A DNA stretch of 64,000 bases from an uncultured virus (IMG/VR IMGVR_UViG_2061766007_002077). Taxonomy: Duplodnaviria; Heunggongvirae; Uroviricota; Caudoviricetes. The notes under the pieces are model-generated. The model did not search any database. It worked only from the letters and a program-made list of their open reading frames with translations, and was not told where the DNA came from. The DNA is taken from the IMG/VR virus record IMGVR_UViG_2061766007_002077; one strand, 5' to 3'. A program made the translations under genes and the position numbers. Each line of letters starts with the position of its first letter. Position 1 is the first letter of the stretch. Of this stretch, positions 10,446 through 22,909 are shown in pieces.

Positions 10446-13400
10446 TCAATCATAAGTGTCGAAGTCAGAGGCCTTACCATCCCAAATCCTAAACATCTTT
10501 CCTTCATAGTCAATGATGTAATTCTTCTTTGGGTCACTGTCGGGAGTTCTATTATAACCCTTCTTGACCAAGCACTTCTTTTCTCTATANNNNNNNNNNN
10601 NNNNNNNNNNNNNNNNACTGACCAGGGATAGGCATCTTTGTACCAGCCTGACCATAACCATCATGGGAAATGACCTTGGACTTAAGTCGTCTTACAGTAA
10701 CCATCTTATTGGTCTTTGCAATAACTTCAACCCAAACAGGAAGAGTCATACTCCAACCAAAGTCACCTTCAAGAATATCTCCTACCTCAAAAGGATTCTC
10801 ATAATCAGGGTCTGATGTCCTTGTGTTTCTGGGCTTCTGTGGGATTTCTTCAACCTCAAAGTGAGCACCCTTGGCATTGACCTTATCTCCAAATCTCTTT
10901 GTGAAATACTCAAGTGATTCGTCAGCTTCTTCCTTTGACCTATACCTCAATGTATCTGCATGAGACATTCTGACTCTGAGAACATCATTAGGGTCATTGG
11001 GCTTCAAGACAAGTCTGTGGGTATATCTTGTGGCCTCTGTGAGTTTATCTCCGTCAAGAACATCAAAGATTTCTTCCTCACGGTCAATGTCCCTCACGAA
11101 CTTTGAGTTCTTCAAGTCAACCTTGTTTCTTCTCTTATTGAGATAAAGGGAACAAGAGTAATTACCGTCCTTACAGGAGAACACATAACGGAATCCAGGG
11201 TCATCTGTCTCGTTGAACTCCCAAGTGCTTGTGTATCCGTAGGAATCCTCAACCTTATACTCGGTATTCACTCTAAGCTTTCTCTCTGCAGCAATCTTTC
11301 TAAGAAGCTTTCTAGCATCCTCTTCCCTGACAACTTCCTTTTCGTCAAAGTCCAACGGGAAATCAATCTTGATGCTCTTATGGACAAAACTTGTTCCGGA
11401 TTCTGTCATCTGTGAAGTCTTTCCATGATTTATGGCTGCTCTCATCATATCCTGTGAAGCCTTGCTGACAACCCTATCAAGAACATCAACATCCTGGTCA
11501 ACCTTCTGCTTGGCTGCGTTCACTTCAAGGACACTCTGTCTAATCTTTGAAGAAAGAGCATCTTCTTCAAGCTTTGATTCAGATGATTCCTTAGACTCAT
11601 AGATACCTGTTGTCCATCTCCATTCTTCCTCACTCATGGGGTCACCATTGGTGGCATCACAATATCTCAGATACTCCTCATAGGTGCCTTCCTTGTCATA
11701 ATCCTCTGGATTGACATAGAAGTCATCTTCCTCATAGCTTTCCTTAATAGGTCTCCATGTTCCATCAAGAACACTTCTGCACCATCTTGCAATCTCTGAA
11801 GGAGTCTTACCTTCAAGTTCAGGATATGTCTCAACAAGAGAATCACATATGGATTCAAGTTCCTCAAGGGCTTTCTCTCTTTTCTTAGGACTTCCACCTA
11901 GAGTGCCTTTGAATGTGGATACAAAATCAAGGATATCAGGGTCATTGGCTGTAGGAATCATAGCTTCCTTGATTGCTGCTGGCTTCTTCAACTCTGTGTA
12001 ATCAGGAAAGGCTTCATAGACTTCCTTGGCAAGATGACCTTTGAGATATACCTTTCCATCATCAGCTGAAATGAAACCGATTGGTCTTGTGGCTGACTTT
12101 CCGTTGGAGTAGAAAAGATATTCATCTTCACCGGGTTCAGCATAACCGATTACATGACCTTCATGCTCAATTCTGTGAATTCTCTCTGAAAGTTTCTTGG
12201 ACTCGTTATATTCCTCAGGATATCCGTATTTGTTTATAAGGTCCTGAAGTTCCCATCTTTCCTCATCATCAAGAGCAGTAACCTCTTCCTTTCTGAGAAG
12301 ATACTTCAGATACTTGATGTCCTCTGACTTGGATTCTTTCTTGGATTCCTCATAGTTTCTGAATCTGTACTTGTTATCCAGCCTGCCCTTGATTACATAG
12401 AACTCACCTGGATAGAACTCAAACTCCTTATCCTTGGATGGACCATCAAGAACCTTTATGATGAAAGACTTCTTGACATGGCTGTTCTCAGGAAGAGTCT
12501 TCACTATCTCTCCCTTATGTCCTAAGGCGTTCTTGAAATCAGAGAACTCCTGCTCCAGACCTTTCTTCTTATAGTCTTTGAACTCAGGTCTCTTTGAAAA
12601 ATCATATTTGACACCTAAAAGACCTCTTCTGCTGGCAGGAACAGCGCTGTTCCCACATTCTACTCCGACTATCTTGACGATATCACCTACTGAACCCTCA
12701 TCATTCTGATACTTCTTTGTCTGTTTGAAGTCATGTTGGGGCTTATAGTTCTTTATACTTCTTGATGGAGAGTATTCTCTCATCTTGGACTCATCAAGAG
12801 TATCTTTTCCACCAACATAAAGATGAACAGACTCTTGAGGAAGTCTTAACTCACAACCCTTTGATTCCCCTGTAAGAACCTCAACAAGGTAATCCCTGGG
12901 AACTCCACCATGATAATAGACATCTTTTACCTTTCCAAGCTGACCACAGGCATTGAATCTATCATAATAGACCTTGGCTGGTACCATTTCCCCTACACTG
13001 GAAGTGTTTGTCTTATAAATCTTGACAATATCATCTTTTTCTGGGTAGGCAAAGGCATCAACATCAGGGTCATCCTCTGGGTGAGGAAGATTCTCATGTC
13101 CCCAACCGAAACCCTCATTCAGTCTTGACTTACCTGACTTCTTGGACTCATAGACTCTCTCAATGTTCTCAACGCCGTTTACAAGGAAACCATAGTCATC
13201 TGAAAGCTGGTCAATGGCGTCATCTTCATCACCGCCATCTTCAAGAACAACAACTGCTTCTTCGGGTAAGTCAGCAAGGTCATCTTCGTCATCAACGTCC
13301 CAGTCGATTCCGGTGATTCTGTATTTTACTTCTTCATCTTCTCCGTAGATTGCCCTATCAACTGCATCATTGTAATCAGCAACCCATTCAGGGTCAAAGT

Positions 13401-14040
13401 TGAACATGGCCTTCAGTATTGTAGCATCATTGTAATTACCTTCGGTCTGGTCAATAGCATGGAAGTAGGAATTTCCTTCACTATACTCAAACTCAATCTC
13501 AGTCTTCATTGGAGAATGAGCATAACCACCACCATAGATATCACCAAGAATGAATTCCTCAGATTCAATCTCTCTTATATAATCTTCCTCTGTCCAACCT
13601 GGCCCATTGTCATCGGAGTTCCATGAAGTGAATCTCTGTCCACCATCATCACAGACTCCTTCTACCTCTCCACCGGTGATAACTGCAGGAGATTGAGCAT
13701 CATAAGAATCTATTGTATATTTCTTCCAATCTTTATGCAAATAATCATGCTTGTCATCAGTACCTGTATATGAACCAAGATTCCAATAGGGATGGTCAGC
13801 AAAGAAGTTATACTCACCTGGAACTATATCAGCAGTGAATCTGGCGGTATAGAAACCATCTTCGTCCTTCTGTGGCTCCTCAACCTTGACATTGGTGAGC
13901 TTGATTCCAAGAAAAGTAAGGTCATAACCAGCACCGACACCTTCTTTGAGATTTATTTTCTTGCCATAAACATGAACCGGGTGGGTATAACTCTCCACCA
14001 TCTTCTTATATGATTTAGGCTCTATAATCTTTTTCATCAT
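10446..14040 (-). CDS. About 1190-aa acidic multi-module protein (putative head-packaged polyprotein); C-terminus lies in ORF 10446..10664 after the gap
   Basis: About 11 LxE/ESKK linkers separating unrelated 50-200 aa modules; downstream of ACTAATT box at 15665. Confidence 0.7.
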
Positions 14041-14059
14041 TTATTCCCCATATCTCCAA

Positions 14060-15632
14060 TCAAATCTCGTCATCATCGGACATACTTATGCTGTCATTAA
14101 GATGATTTATAGGACCAGACCTTCCAATAAATCTTACATCTTCGGGAGTAGTCTCTATTTTCACAAGTGCTCTGTTCATATAAGGCTTGGACATGAAGCT
14201 TCCGAATGTTTCATTGTTAAATCTTATTCCTGGGATTCCCTTGTATTCAGCAAACAACTCAGCATAATAAGGAGCCATATCAAAGTCCATAAGNNNNNNN
14301 NNNNNNNNNNNNNNTCTGGTCCCCATTCGTAGGATATTAAGAACCTTCCGTCCTTATATTCCGGAGATTTCACCCAATCAAGGAAAATATCGGCAATATT
14401 CTGTCCATAAGATTCTGCAAGCTTGTCATAGATTCCTGACTCCTTGAAGGCATCTTCATTAAAGATAAAACCGATGTCTCCACCTTCCCTGAACCTCTTA
14501 TATCTGGCCATAGACTCTTCAAGGACACCTCTGTAATCATAATCGACCACATCAACTGGAAGAAGTGAGGCCATATCCTCTACGAAATCCTCAACTTCCT
14601 CGTCCATTCCGACATACTTTGTGTGTCTGATTGGAACAACAACGTCCTCTCCTGCCTTGTCCTTACCGAAAGTATCTTTCTGGACAATATCATAAGAACC
14701 GAAAAGGTCAGCATAAATGACTATTGCCCTATCAACTGCCTGCTTCTTCTCAGCACCTGGGAAAGCAGGAAGATAATGAGCGTCACACTTGTATACATCC
14801 TCGTCATGGTCAAGAAGAAGTGAGAAAGCTGTATCCCTATCTTCCTTTGTCTTAAAGTACATGAGAACCTCAGCGGAAGTATACTTAGGCTTGTCAGCTT
14901 CTCTTATTTGAAAAGGGCGTCTGATTTCCTTTTTCTCATACCACTGTCTTCCGGTATTTGGGTCCTCATAGAATTCAGGCTGCTCATCGTCATAAAGGTC
15001 ATCGTCTTCGGGATATATCACAGAAGAATCATCAATTTCTGAACCATCAATTTCCTCAATCTCAGGGTCATCAAGGTCATCTTCATCCCCATAGAGCTCC
15101 TCATTTTCAAGAGGGGAATCATCATAAAGATTCAGACCATCTACATAATCATCTGTATCATCAAAGTCATCTTCCTCATAGAGGTCATCATCCTCGTCAG
15201 TGTAATCACCATATCTCTTGGAGTATCCGTCACCATATTCATTCCAGTGGGTATATTCTTTGAATGTGACAGGAGCCCTATTCTCAAGGCTTTCATAAAT
15301 GGCTTCCTCATAATCCTCTGAATCTGGGATATCCCTGAAATCATCAAGGAATTCTTCACCATAACTGTTCAAGTCCCAGTTCTCGTCATCATCGTGGGGA
15401 TTATGATAATTGTCATTATCAAGGTCATAGAGGTCCTCACCATCATCGGGAGCACCAGCAAATTCAGCCTTCTCATTTCTGAAATAATCCCTTANNNNNN
15501 NNNNNNNNNNNNNNNNNNNNTCTCTGGGTCCATAGACTCCCAATCAGGAGTTCCGTCACTTTTAATCTTAATTGATTCATTAAGGGGAAGTCTGACCTTT
15601 ATTTTCTTTGACTTCTTGGAAATATCACTCAT
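14060..15632 (-). CDS. About 520-aa very acidic multi-module protein (one gene across two N gaps)
   Basis: Start MSDISKKSKKIKVRLPLNES at 15632 joins ORFs 14224..15543 and 14060..14326; linkers IYES, WYEKK, IREA, LEES, FREG. Confidence 0.65.
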
Positions 15633-15666
15633 AATTATCCTCAATTATGTTTAGAATATATAAAAA

Positions 15667-16292
15667 TTAGTCAAGTCCTTTCGATANNNNNNNNNNNNNN
15701 NNNNNNNNNNNNNNNNNNNTATTCTTCTGCAGAAGATATGTGCAGACCTTACCGGGAAGGAACTTGACTCCGTTGTATCCCTTGCAGTATTGTCCTTTGG
15801 GAATCTCAACATCACCGAAGTCATTGTCATTGTCAAGGACATCAACAACNNNNNNNNNNNNNNNNNNNNNNNNNNNNNNNNNNNNNNNNNNNNNNNNNNN
15901 NNNNNNNNNNNNNNNNNNNNCACCGTTGATGAAGTATGGGGCATAATAGGAATAGAACTGACATCTTACGAAGGGGCTTGTATCCTCAATCTCATCATCA
16001 AGGGCATTTATGATTTCATACATATTATTCTCATAATCCCAGCATGGCCATCTATCAAGGGCTTCACCAAACATAGGATGACCGATTTCATCATTAAGCT
16101 CTTCCNNNNNNNNNNNNNNNNNNNNNNNNNNNNNNNNNNNNNNNNNNNNNNNNNTTCATAAGGAGTAATCTCCCCATCAAGATAATGGGCTGATATTAGC
16201 TCGGAATTCTCACCATCATATTTCCACATTATGATGTCTTTATCATTATCAGGTCTATCTGTCCTGCCTTTAAGTCTTTCGTCCATTTTCAT
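15667..16292 (-). CDS. Hypothetical protein (three N gaps)
   Basis: MKMDERL start with ACTAATT at 16322; continues EALDRWPCWDYENN. Confidence 0.5.
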
Positions 16293-16363
16293 TCCTCTAA
16301 AAGCATTAGAATATATCACAAAATTAGTTGAAATTACAGNNNNNNNNNNNNNNNNNNNNNNNN

Positions 16364-17107
16364 ATGAAAGGTGATTGTCTGGAAAGGATGAAAGAGATTC
16401 CGGACAACTCCATAGATATGATATTATGTGACCTCCCATATGGCGTGACAGCCAATGAACTTGATATTGTCATACCATTTGATTTATTGTGGGAGCAATA
16501 TAACAGGATAACAAAGGACAACTCAGCCATTCTTCTTTTCGGACAAGGAATATTCTATATAGACCTTGTTGACTCCAATAGGAAGATGTTCAAGTATGAT
16601 TTGGTATGGGATAAGGTCCTTACCTCAGGATTCCTCAATGCCAATAGGATGCCGTTGAGAAGACATGAGCAGATTGCTGTGTTCTATAACAATCAGCCTG
16701 TTTATAACCCACAGATGGTCAAGGGTAAGCCTAATCATAAAGTGGGGGATCTGACAAGGGAAAAGACCAATAACAATTATGGAGATTTTGAAAGGGTGAA
16801 TCCAAGTTATGATGGAATGAAGTATCCTACTTCCATAATCTCTTATGAGAAACCACATCCTTCCGTAGCCCAGCACAGAACGGAAAAGTCTGTTCCCATG
16901 TTGGAGTATCTTATCAAGACATATACAGATAAGGGAATGGTTATCCTTGACAACTGCATGGGAAGTGGAACAACTGGACTTGCCTGCATAAACACGGAAA
17001 GGGACTTTATAGGTATAGAAAAGGATGAGAGTTATTTCAAGGTATCTTGTGACAGAATCAGAGATAACTTGCCTATGTTCAGAAAGAAAGACTTGGTGAT
17101 TGAATGA
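16364..17107 (+). CDS. N6-adenine/N4-cytosine DNA methyltransferase (beta class)
   Basis: GDCLE, ILCDLPYG, HRTEKSV, LDNCMGSGTTG. Confidence 0.93.
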   Translation: MKGDCLERMKEIPDNSIDMILCDLPYGVTANELDIVIPFDLLWEQYNRITKDNSAILLFGQGIFYIDLVDSNRKMFKYDLVWDKVLTSGFLNANRMPLRRHEQIAVFYNNQPVYNPQMVKGKPNHKVGDLTREKTNNNYGDFERVNPSYDGMKYPTSIISYEKPHPSVAQHRTEKSVPMLEYLIKTYTDKGMVILDNCMGSGTTGLACINTERDFIGIEKDESYFKVSCDRIRDNLPMFRKKDLVIE

Positions 17108-17852
17108 TTAGACTATACAACGGAAACTGCCTTGATATTCTACCTAAAATAGATACCAAAGTGGATATGATACTTACAGACCCACCTTACGGAACAACGG
17201 CAAACAAATGGGACTTTGTTATTCCACTTGAACAGATGTGGCCTTTACTTCTCAATGTGGGAAAAGAGAACGCCGCCTATGTTTNNNNNNNNNNNNNNNN
17301 NNNNNAAAGCTTGTCCTGTCCAATCTTGATATGTTCAAGCATGAATGGATATGGCAGAAGAACAGAGGAAGCAACTTCGCCAACACCGTAAGAGAACCAT
17401 TCAAGGAACATGAAGAAGTCCTTGTATTCAGCAAGGGTAAATGGACATACAACAAACAAATGGAAGAAAGGGCTGAAACAGGTAAGGGAAGAATCAAGTA
17501 TGATTTCAACAAGGTAGCTTCATCAGAAAACTACAGAGAGTTCACAAGAGTTCAGAACACCCCAGAGGAACTGAGAGTTCCCTCATCTGTACAGAAGTTC
17601 AACACGGAAACCGGTAGCCACCCCACACAAAAACCTGTTCCCCTTATGGAGTATCTTATTAAGACATATACAAATAAGGGAGATACCGTCCTAGACTTCA
17701 CTATGGGTAGCGGAACAACAGGGGTCGCTTGTGCCAATCTCGGTAGAAATTTCATAGGTATTGAGCTGGACGAAACCTACTTCAAGACAGCCTGTAAGAG
17801 AATCAAGGATGCACTTCCGTTCTTTAACAATAAGATTGAGATAATCAAATGA
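17104..17852 (+). CDS. N6/N4 DNA methyltransferase (beta class; frame shifts across N gap)
   Basis: ILTDPPYG, HPTQKPV, LDFTMGSGTTG. Confidence 0.92.
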
Positions 17853-18623
17853 AGATAGAAAACGATAAGTATTACACTCCCAAAGAACTGGCTAAGGAAC
17901 TAATTGACAAGACCTTTGAAATCATAGGTAAAGAGAACGTAACCGAAATCATTGAACCCTCAGCAGGTGCAGGTGCTTTCAGTTCCCAACTTGATTGTAT
18001 CGCCTATGACATTGAACCTGAGGCACCTGGAATCATCAAACAGGACTATCTCACTTCATTTCTATGGAAAAAGAAAGGTAGACTTGTCATAGGAAATCCT
18101 CCTTTCGGTAATAGTAACTGGCTTATCATAAAGTTCTGGGAGAAGTCCATAGAGATTGCCGACTACATCGCTTTCATTCTCCCCATATCTTTCTTGAACA
18201 ACAACATCAGACTCTACCAGTTCGACCTTGTGTATTCGGAGGACTTGGGTAAAAGAGATTATAGCGGAGNNNNNNNNNNNTATCTACAAAAGACCTGCGA
18301 ACGGATTGAACAAGAAACCGAATTACAGAATGGACAGCATTAAGTTCATCGAGTATAGAAGGACAAAGACCTCAGACCCTAGCAAGATTCCTGCTGGATG
18401 GGATTATGCTTTCTGTAACTGGGGAAACGGAAGTTTCGGTAAAGTTCCGGAGTATGTGGGTCAATATGCACAGGAAATCTATGTATATATAAAGGACAAG
18501 GAAATCAAGGACAAAGTTATTGAACTTCTGTCATTCGATAACCTGAGAAATAAATTTAAATCCATTTCTGCTATGAAAGCCAGCGTAATGGCCATCAGCA
18601 GATATATTCAAGAAAATCTATAA
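17849..18623 (+). CDS. N6-adenine DNA methyltransferase (gamma-like; one gene across N gap)
   Basis: DKYYTP, IEPSAGAGAF, VIGNPPFG, IAFILP. Confidence 0.85.
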
Positions 18624-18715
18624 GGTATTGACAAAACCCCACTAATAAGATTATATTATATATACCAGTGTAGTAACTACTGGAAAAAATTGTTCTATAA
18701 AGGAAGTGTTTACTT

Positions 18716-19509
18716 ATGGCAATGGAAAAAGTAAATCCCAGCCACCCCGATAAAGTAGCAGACAGAATCGCGGGTNNNNNNNNNNAGAATCCGAAGGTTG
18801 CAGTTGAAGTCCTTCTCGGACATGGAGAGTGCAACATCATCATTGAGTCCTCTGAGAGTTTCACAGATGAGGAAGTCCAGACAATCGTTGACAGAATTGT
18901 GGGAACAAAGCTTCACCTCAATCTCAAGGTTGTTCCTCAGGACACACACCTCGCTGACAATCAGAAATCCTCAGTCCATTGTGGAGATAACGGAATCTTC
19001 AAGGGAGTTCCCCTTACAAAAGAGGATGAGGAGATTTCAAGAATCGCAAGAGAAATCTATGCGGTATTCCCCTATGACGGAAAGTATATCCTAGATGGTG
19101 ATAAGCTGATTGTATGTCAGAGTAATGCTAAGGATGAGGAACTCAGAGACCTCTGTGCTAAACTCGGATATGCTAACGCAATCATCAATCCTCTTGGATA
19201 CTGGACAGGTGGTGAGAACGTTGATGCCGGTGCCACCAACAGAAAGCTTGGTTCAGATATGGCTAGGTCAGTTTCNNNNNNNNNNNNNNNNNNNNNNNNN
19301 NNNNNNNNNNCCTTTCCAAGTCTGATGTTTCAGCCAACATTTATGCTTTCGTCAAGGCCCAGGAGACCAATAAGGTAGTAGAGTTCTCTTGTGCAATCGG
19401 TGATGGAACCATTGATGGTAAGCCCTATCAGGAAATCGTGGATTTCGCAAGAGAATACATCAAGGGTCTTGGTGGATTTGAGGCCTTCGCTGAGTGGGGT
19501 CTTTACTGA
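18716..19509 (+). CDS. metK: Compact S-adenosylmethionine synthetase
   Basis: EKVNPSHPDKVADRI, CGDNGIF, DGKY, NPLG.WTGG..DAGATNRK, SKSDVS..IYA, FAEWGL; own TTGACA at 18628. Confidence 0.88.
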
Positions 19510-19580
19510 AACGAAGAGGTCTGNNNNNNNNNNNNNNNNNNNNNNNNNNNNNNNNNNNNNNNNNNNNNNNNNNNNNNNNN

Positions 19581-20343
19581 CGGGTCAAAAACAAACATGA
19601 CAGGAACACTTCTGACCTACTTTCCCATTGACTATAAAATCTACATAGAACCATTCGGTGGCGGAGCATCAATGCTCTTTGAAAAACAGCCCTATGGAAT
19701 GGAAGTCTATAATGACATAGAAGAGAATGTATGGTCAGTATTCAAGGTCATACAGGATGAGGAAATGTTTAACAGATTCCACCAGAGATTATCTCTGGCC
19801 CTTTATTCAAGAGACCTCTATGAAGAAGCTAAGAAAGCCCTCAAAACTGACCTCAATATAGAGGATAGAGCCTATTACTTCTTCCTCATGAGCAGAATGT
19901 CATTCAATGGAAACGGCGGATTCTCAGTCTGTAAGGAAGCGAGAAGAAACATGGTCAAGAATGTAAGCGACTTCCTTTCCAAGGTGGATATGTTGCCTGA
20001 GTATCATGCTAGATTGAGAAGGGTATTGATTGAACATAAAGATGCCTTGGAACTTCTTGACGATTACAATGACAAGAATGTATTTGCCTATTGTGACCCA
20101 CCTTATGTCCATAGCACAAGGAAAAGCCCATCTGGATACATCTGTGAAATGGAAGATGACGGACATGAGAAGTTCATTGAGAAGTGCCTTAACTTCAAGG
20201 GTAAGTTGCTTATAAGCGGATATGACAACCCCATTTATGATACACTTGTTGAGAACGGATTTGAGAAGATACACTTTGAATCACCCAACGCACATTCAGA
20301 TTCAATAGAAACTTTGTGGAGAAATTATAAGACATGGTATTGA
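19581..20343 (+). CDS. Dam/D12-class adenine methyltransferase (start in gap)
   Basis: GSK, YIEPFGGGAS, EVYND, YCDPPY, LISGY. Confidence 0.9.
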
Positions 20344-21111
20344 ACAAGATTTACAACGAAGATTGCCTTGAGCTGATACCCAAGATTGATGATGGACTTC
20401 TTGATATGGTCATGACAAGTCCCCCTTATAACACATCAAGGGACGGAGGCTCATTGGAAGATAGCTCCACAAGATATCTCAAAGATACATTCTCAGATGA
20501 AAAGACCCAGGATGAGTACATTGAATGGTGTATAAACATCTTCAATGCCCTTGAGCCTAAACTCAAGCCTAATGGTGTGATAGTCTGGAATGTAAGCTAT
20601 GGTAGCGATACCACAGGTAATGAGGGAAACAATGATACCATGTGGCTCTGTATCGCTGACCTTATCAGAAATACCCCCTTCACGGTTGCTGACAGAATAG
20701 TATGGAAGAAACCGACTTCCACCCCCAATCCAAACTCCCCCAACAGACTTGACAGAATATGTGAGGATGTGTTCGTATTCTGCAGAAAGTCAGAGCTAAA
20801 GACCTTTCATGCCAACAAGAAGGTATCATCGGTAAGAGCTACCGGACAGAAGATGTACAGCACAATCAGGAACTTCATTGAGGCGCCTTGTAATAGTGAA
20901 GTATGTGATATAAACAAGGCCACATATTCAATAGAGCTCTGTAATGCCATCTTCAAAATCTATGCCCCTAAGAACGCAGTTATCTATGACCCGTTCATGG
21001 GCAGTGGTACAACCGCAGTTGCCTGCATTGAAAATGGCCATAAGTATATAGGAAGTGAGATATCAAAGGCTCAGCTGGCATGGGCTGAGAACAGAATAAA
21101 GAAGTATCGTG
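20334..21111 (+). CDS. N4/N6 DNA methyltransferase (beta class)
   Basis: IYNEDCL, MTSPPYN, IVWKK, YDPFMGSGTT, IGSEIS. Confidence 0.9.
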
Positions 21112-21128
21112 NNNNNNNNNNNATATAT

Positions 21129-21755
21129 ATGAAGTTAAAAGAAGCTCCTTCACTTAAAGGAAAGAAATTCAGAGAATGGTATGACAACAAAGTTCCATCA
21201 AACGGAACAAAGGTCAATGTCGCAATGGCAGTATACCCGGAACATCTGACAGACAGAAGCGCTTTCCTTGGTAAGATTGACACAGAAGAGGATTATGTCA
21301 AGGAAATCAGTGAACTCATAAACACCTTTGATGAGATTATGGATGAGAACTCAGTTATTCTCCTCTCAGGATACTGGGGAAAGAACGGACTTCCCAATGA
21401 GGTGAACGCCACCTGGAAGTCAGTCATGTCTGCCATCAAGACAACAGACTACTCCATCGGTGATGTAATCGTGTGGAAGAAAGGCTCCAAGACAAAGGGA
21501 CAGAGAGAGAACAGCCTTGATGTGATATGCGAGCCCATATTCGTATTGTGCAGAAAAAGCGAGTACAGGACATATCATCTGAACGTAGAAGTTCAGACCA
21601 CAAGAGGAAACGCATCCTATCATACCCCTCTTTATAACATCATCACTACAAACGGAAAGACTCCGGAAGAAGATTACAAGCAGCTTAAAGAATATCTTTT
21701 AAGGCTCTATTGTCCCGATAACGGAAACATCTATTATATGATGGAGGAAGCATAA
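21129..21755 (+). CDS. Degenerate methyltransferase-fold paralog lacking catalytic motifs
   Basis: Retains DVIVWKK, LDVICEPIFVLCRKSE and LYCP; AVYP in place of SPPY; no DPFMGSG. Confidence 0.6.
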   Translation: MKLKEAPSLKGKKFREWYDNKVPSNGTKVNVAMAVYPEHLTDRSAFLGKIDTEEDYVKEISELINTFDEIMDENSVILLSGYWGKNGLPNEVNATWKSVMSAIKTTDYSIGDVIVWKKGSKTKGQRENSLDVICEPIFVLCRKSEYRTYHLNVEVQTTRGNASYHTPLYNIITTNGKTPEEDYKQLKEYLLRLYCPDNGNIYYMMEEA

Positions 21756-22578
21756 TGTTCAAGGTAAATGAGATTTACAATGAGGATTGCCTCCAGGTCA
21801 TTCCAAGAATGGATGACCACAGCCTTGATTTGGTCATCACCTCACCGCCCTACAACACAAGTATCTCACGTTCTCAGGACAAGAAGGACGAGGATAAGGA
21901 AAAGGGAACAAAGATTAGGAAACACTCCTACAACAGATATGACACGGATGTTGACAACAAGAGTGAAATTCAGTATGCTGAATGGGTGAGAAACATCTTC
22001 AATGCCCTTGAGCCCAAGCTCAAACCCAACGGGATAATCGCATGGAATGTATCCTATGGGGTATCATCAGAGAACTCCAATGAGGACGGAATAAACAACT
22101 CCACTTGGCTTTCCCTCATGTATATCATGGATGAGACTGACTTCACCTTATGTGATTACATCACATGGTATAAGTCAAACGCCATTCCTCTCTCCATAGG
22201 GAACAAGCTTTCAAGGATATGCGANNNNNNNNNNNGTCTGAGCTTGACACTTATCATGTCAACCATGACCCCACAAAGAGAATAGGCAACTCCATATACA
22301 CCAATCCCTATGAGAACAGGATTGAGACAAGATACAACAATGATGAAGTCTGTGAGTTCAACTCAGCCACATACTCCACAGAGTTCGTGGAGAAGATAAT
22401 CCAGCTTTATTCACCCAAGAAGGCTCTTATATTTGACCCATTCATGGGAAGCGGAACAACTGCTGTGGGATGTGTGGAATGTGGAATGAGTTACATAGGA
22501 ACTGAGCTATCTGAAAATCAGGTCAAGTGGGCCAAGAATAGAATAAAGAAAGTCAAGGGAAGTTCCTTGTGGTTCTAA
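21755..22578 (+). CDS. N4/N6 DNA methyltransferase, paralog of 20334 (one gene across N gap)
   Basis: ITSPPYN, LEPKLKPNG, FDPFMGSGTT, IGTELS. Confidence 0.9.
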
Positions 22579-22606
22579 ATACTCTAAATGAGTTAAATGA
22601 TAAAAA

Positions 22607-22636
22607 TAAACCCCTCGATATCGAGGGGTTTTCTTT
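22607..22636. terminator. Bidirectional intrinsic terminator
   Basis: AAACCCCTCGAT/ATCGAGGGGTTT perfect inverted repeat between convergent genes. Confidence 0.8.
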
Positions 22637-22651
22637 TAAGGTCGGAAATAA

Positions 22652-22909
22652 TCAGCGATAGATTCCTGGAACAGCATTGACCAAGTTGAACATATCGTCA
22701 TAGTCTTTGTCTGCTTCAATGGAGTAATCAGGTCCTTTATCAGTATCTCCAACGATTTCGCAATCAATGGCGTCGGCTCCGTCTTCCCAAACCTTTTCCT
22801 CAACTGAACCCCAGTTAATATCACCAAGCTTCTGGTCGAGGTCCTCTTCACTCTCAGCTTCTATATACCATGTCTTTTCCAAAGTAAAATGAACTTTATA
22901 AGTTGCCAT
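22652..22909 (-). CDS. Small acidic protein
   Basis: MATYKVHF...IEAESEED; GAGG RBS; ACTAATT at 22951. Confidence 0.65.
   Translation of the reverse strand: MATYKVHFTLEKTWYIEAESEEDLDQKLGDINWGSVEEKVWEDGADAIDCEIVGDTDKGPDYSIEADKDYDDMFNLVNAVPGIYR

Noticed and set aside
20334..21755. 473-aa double-methyltransferase fusion in the ORF track
   Set aside because: The join is an N gap right at the natural end of the first MTase, followed by a fresh ATG; more likely two genes, though unresolved
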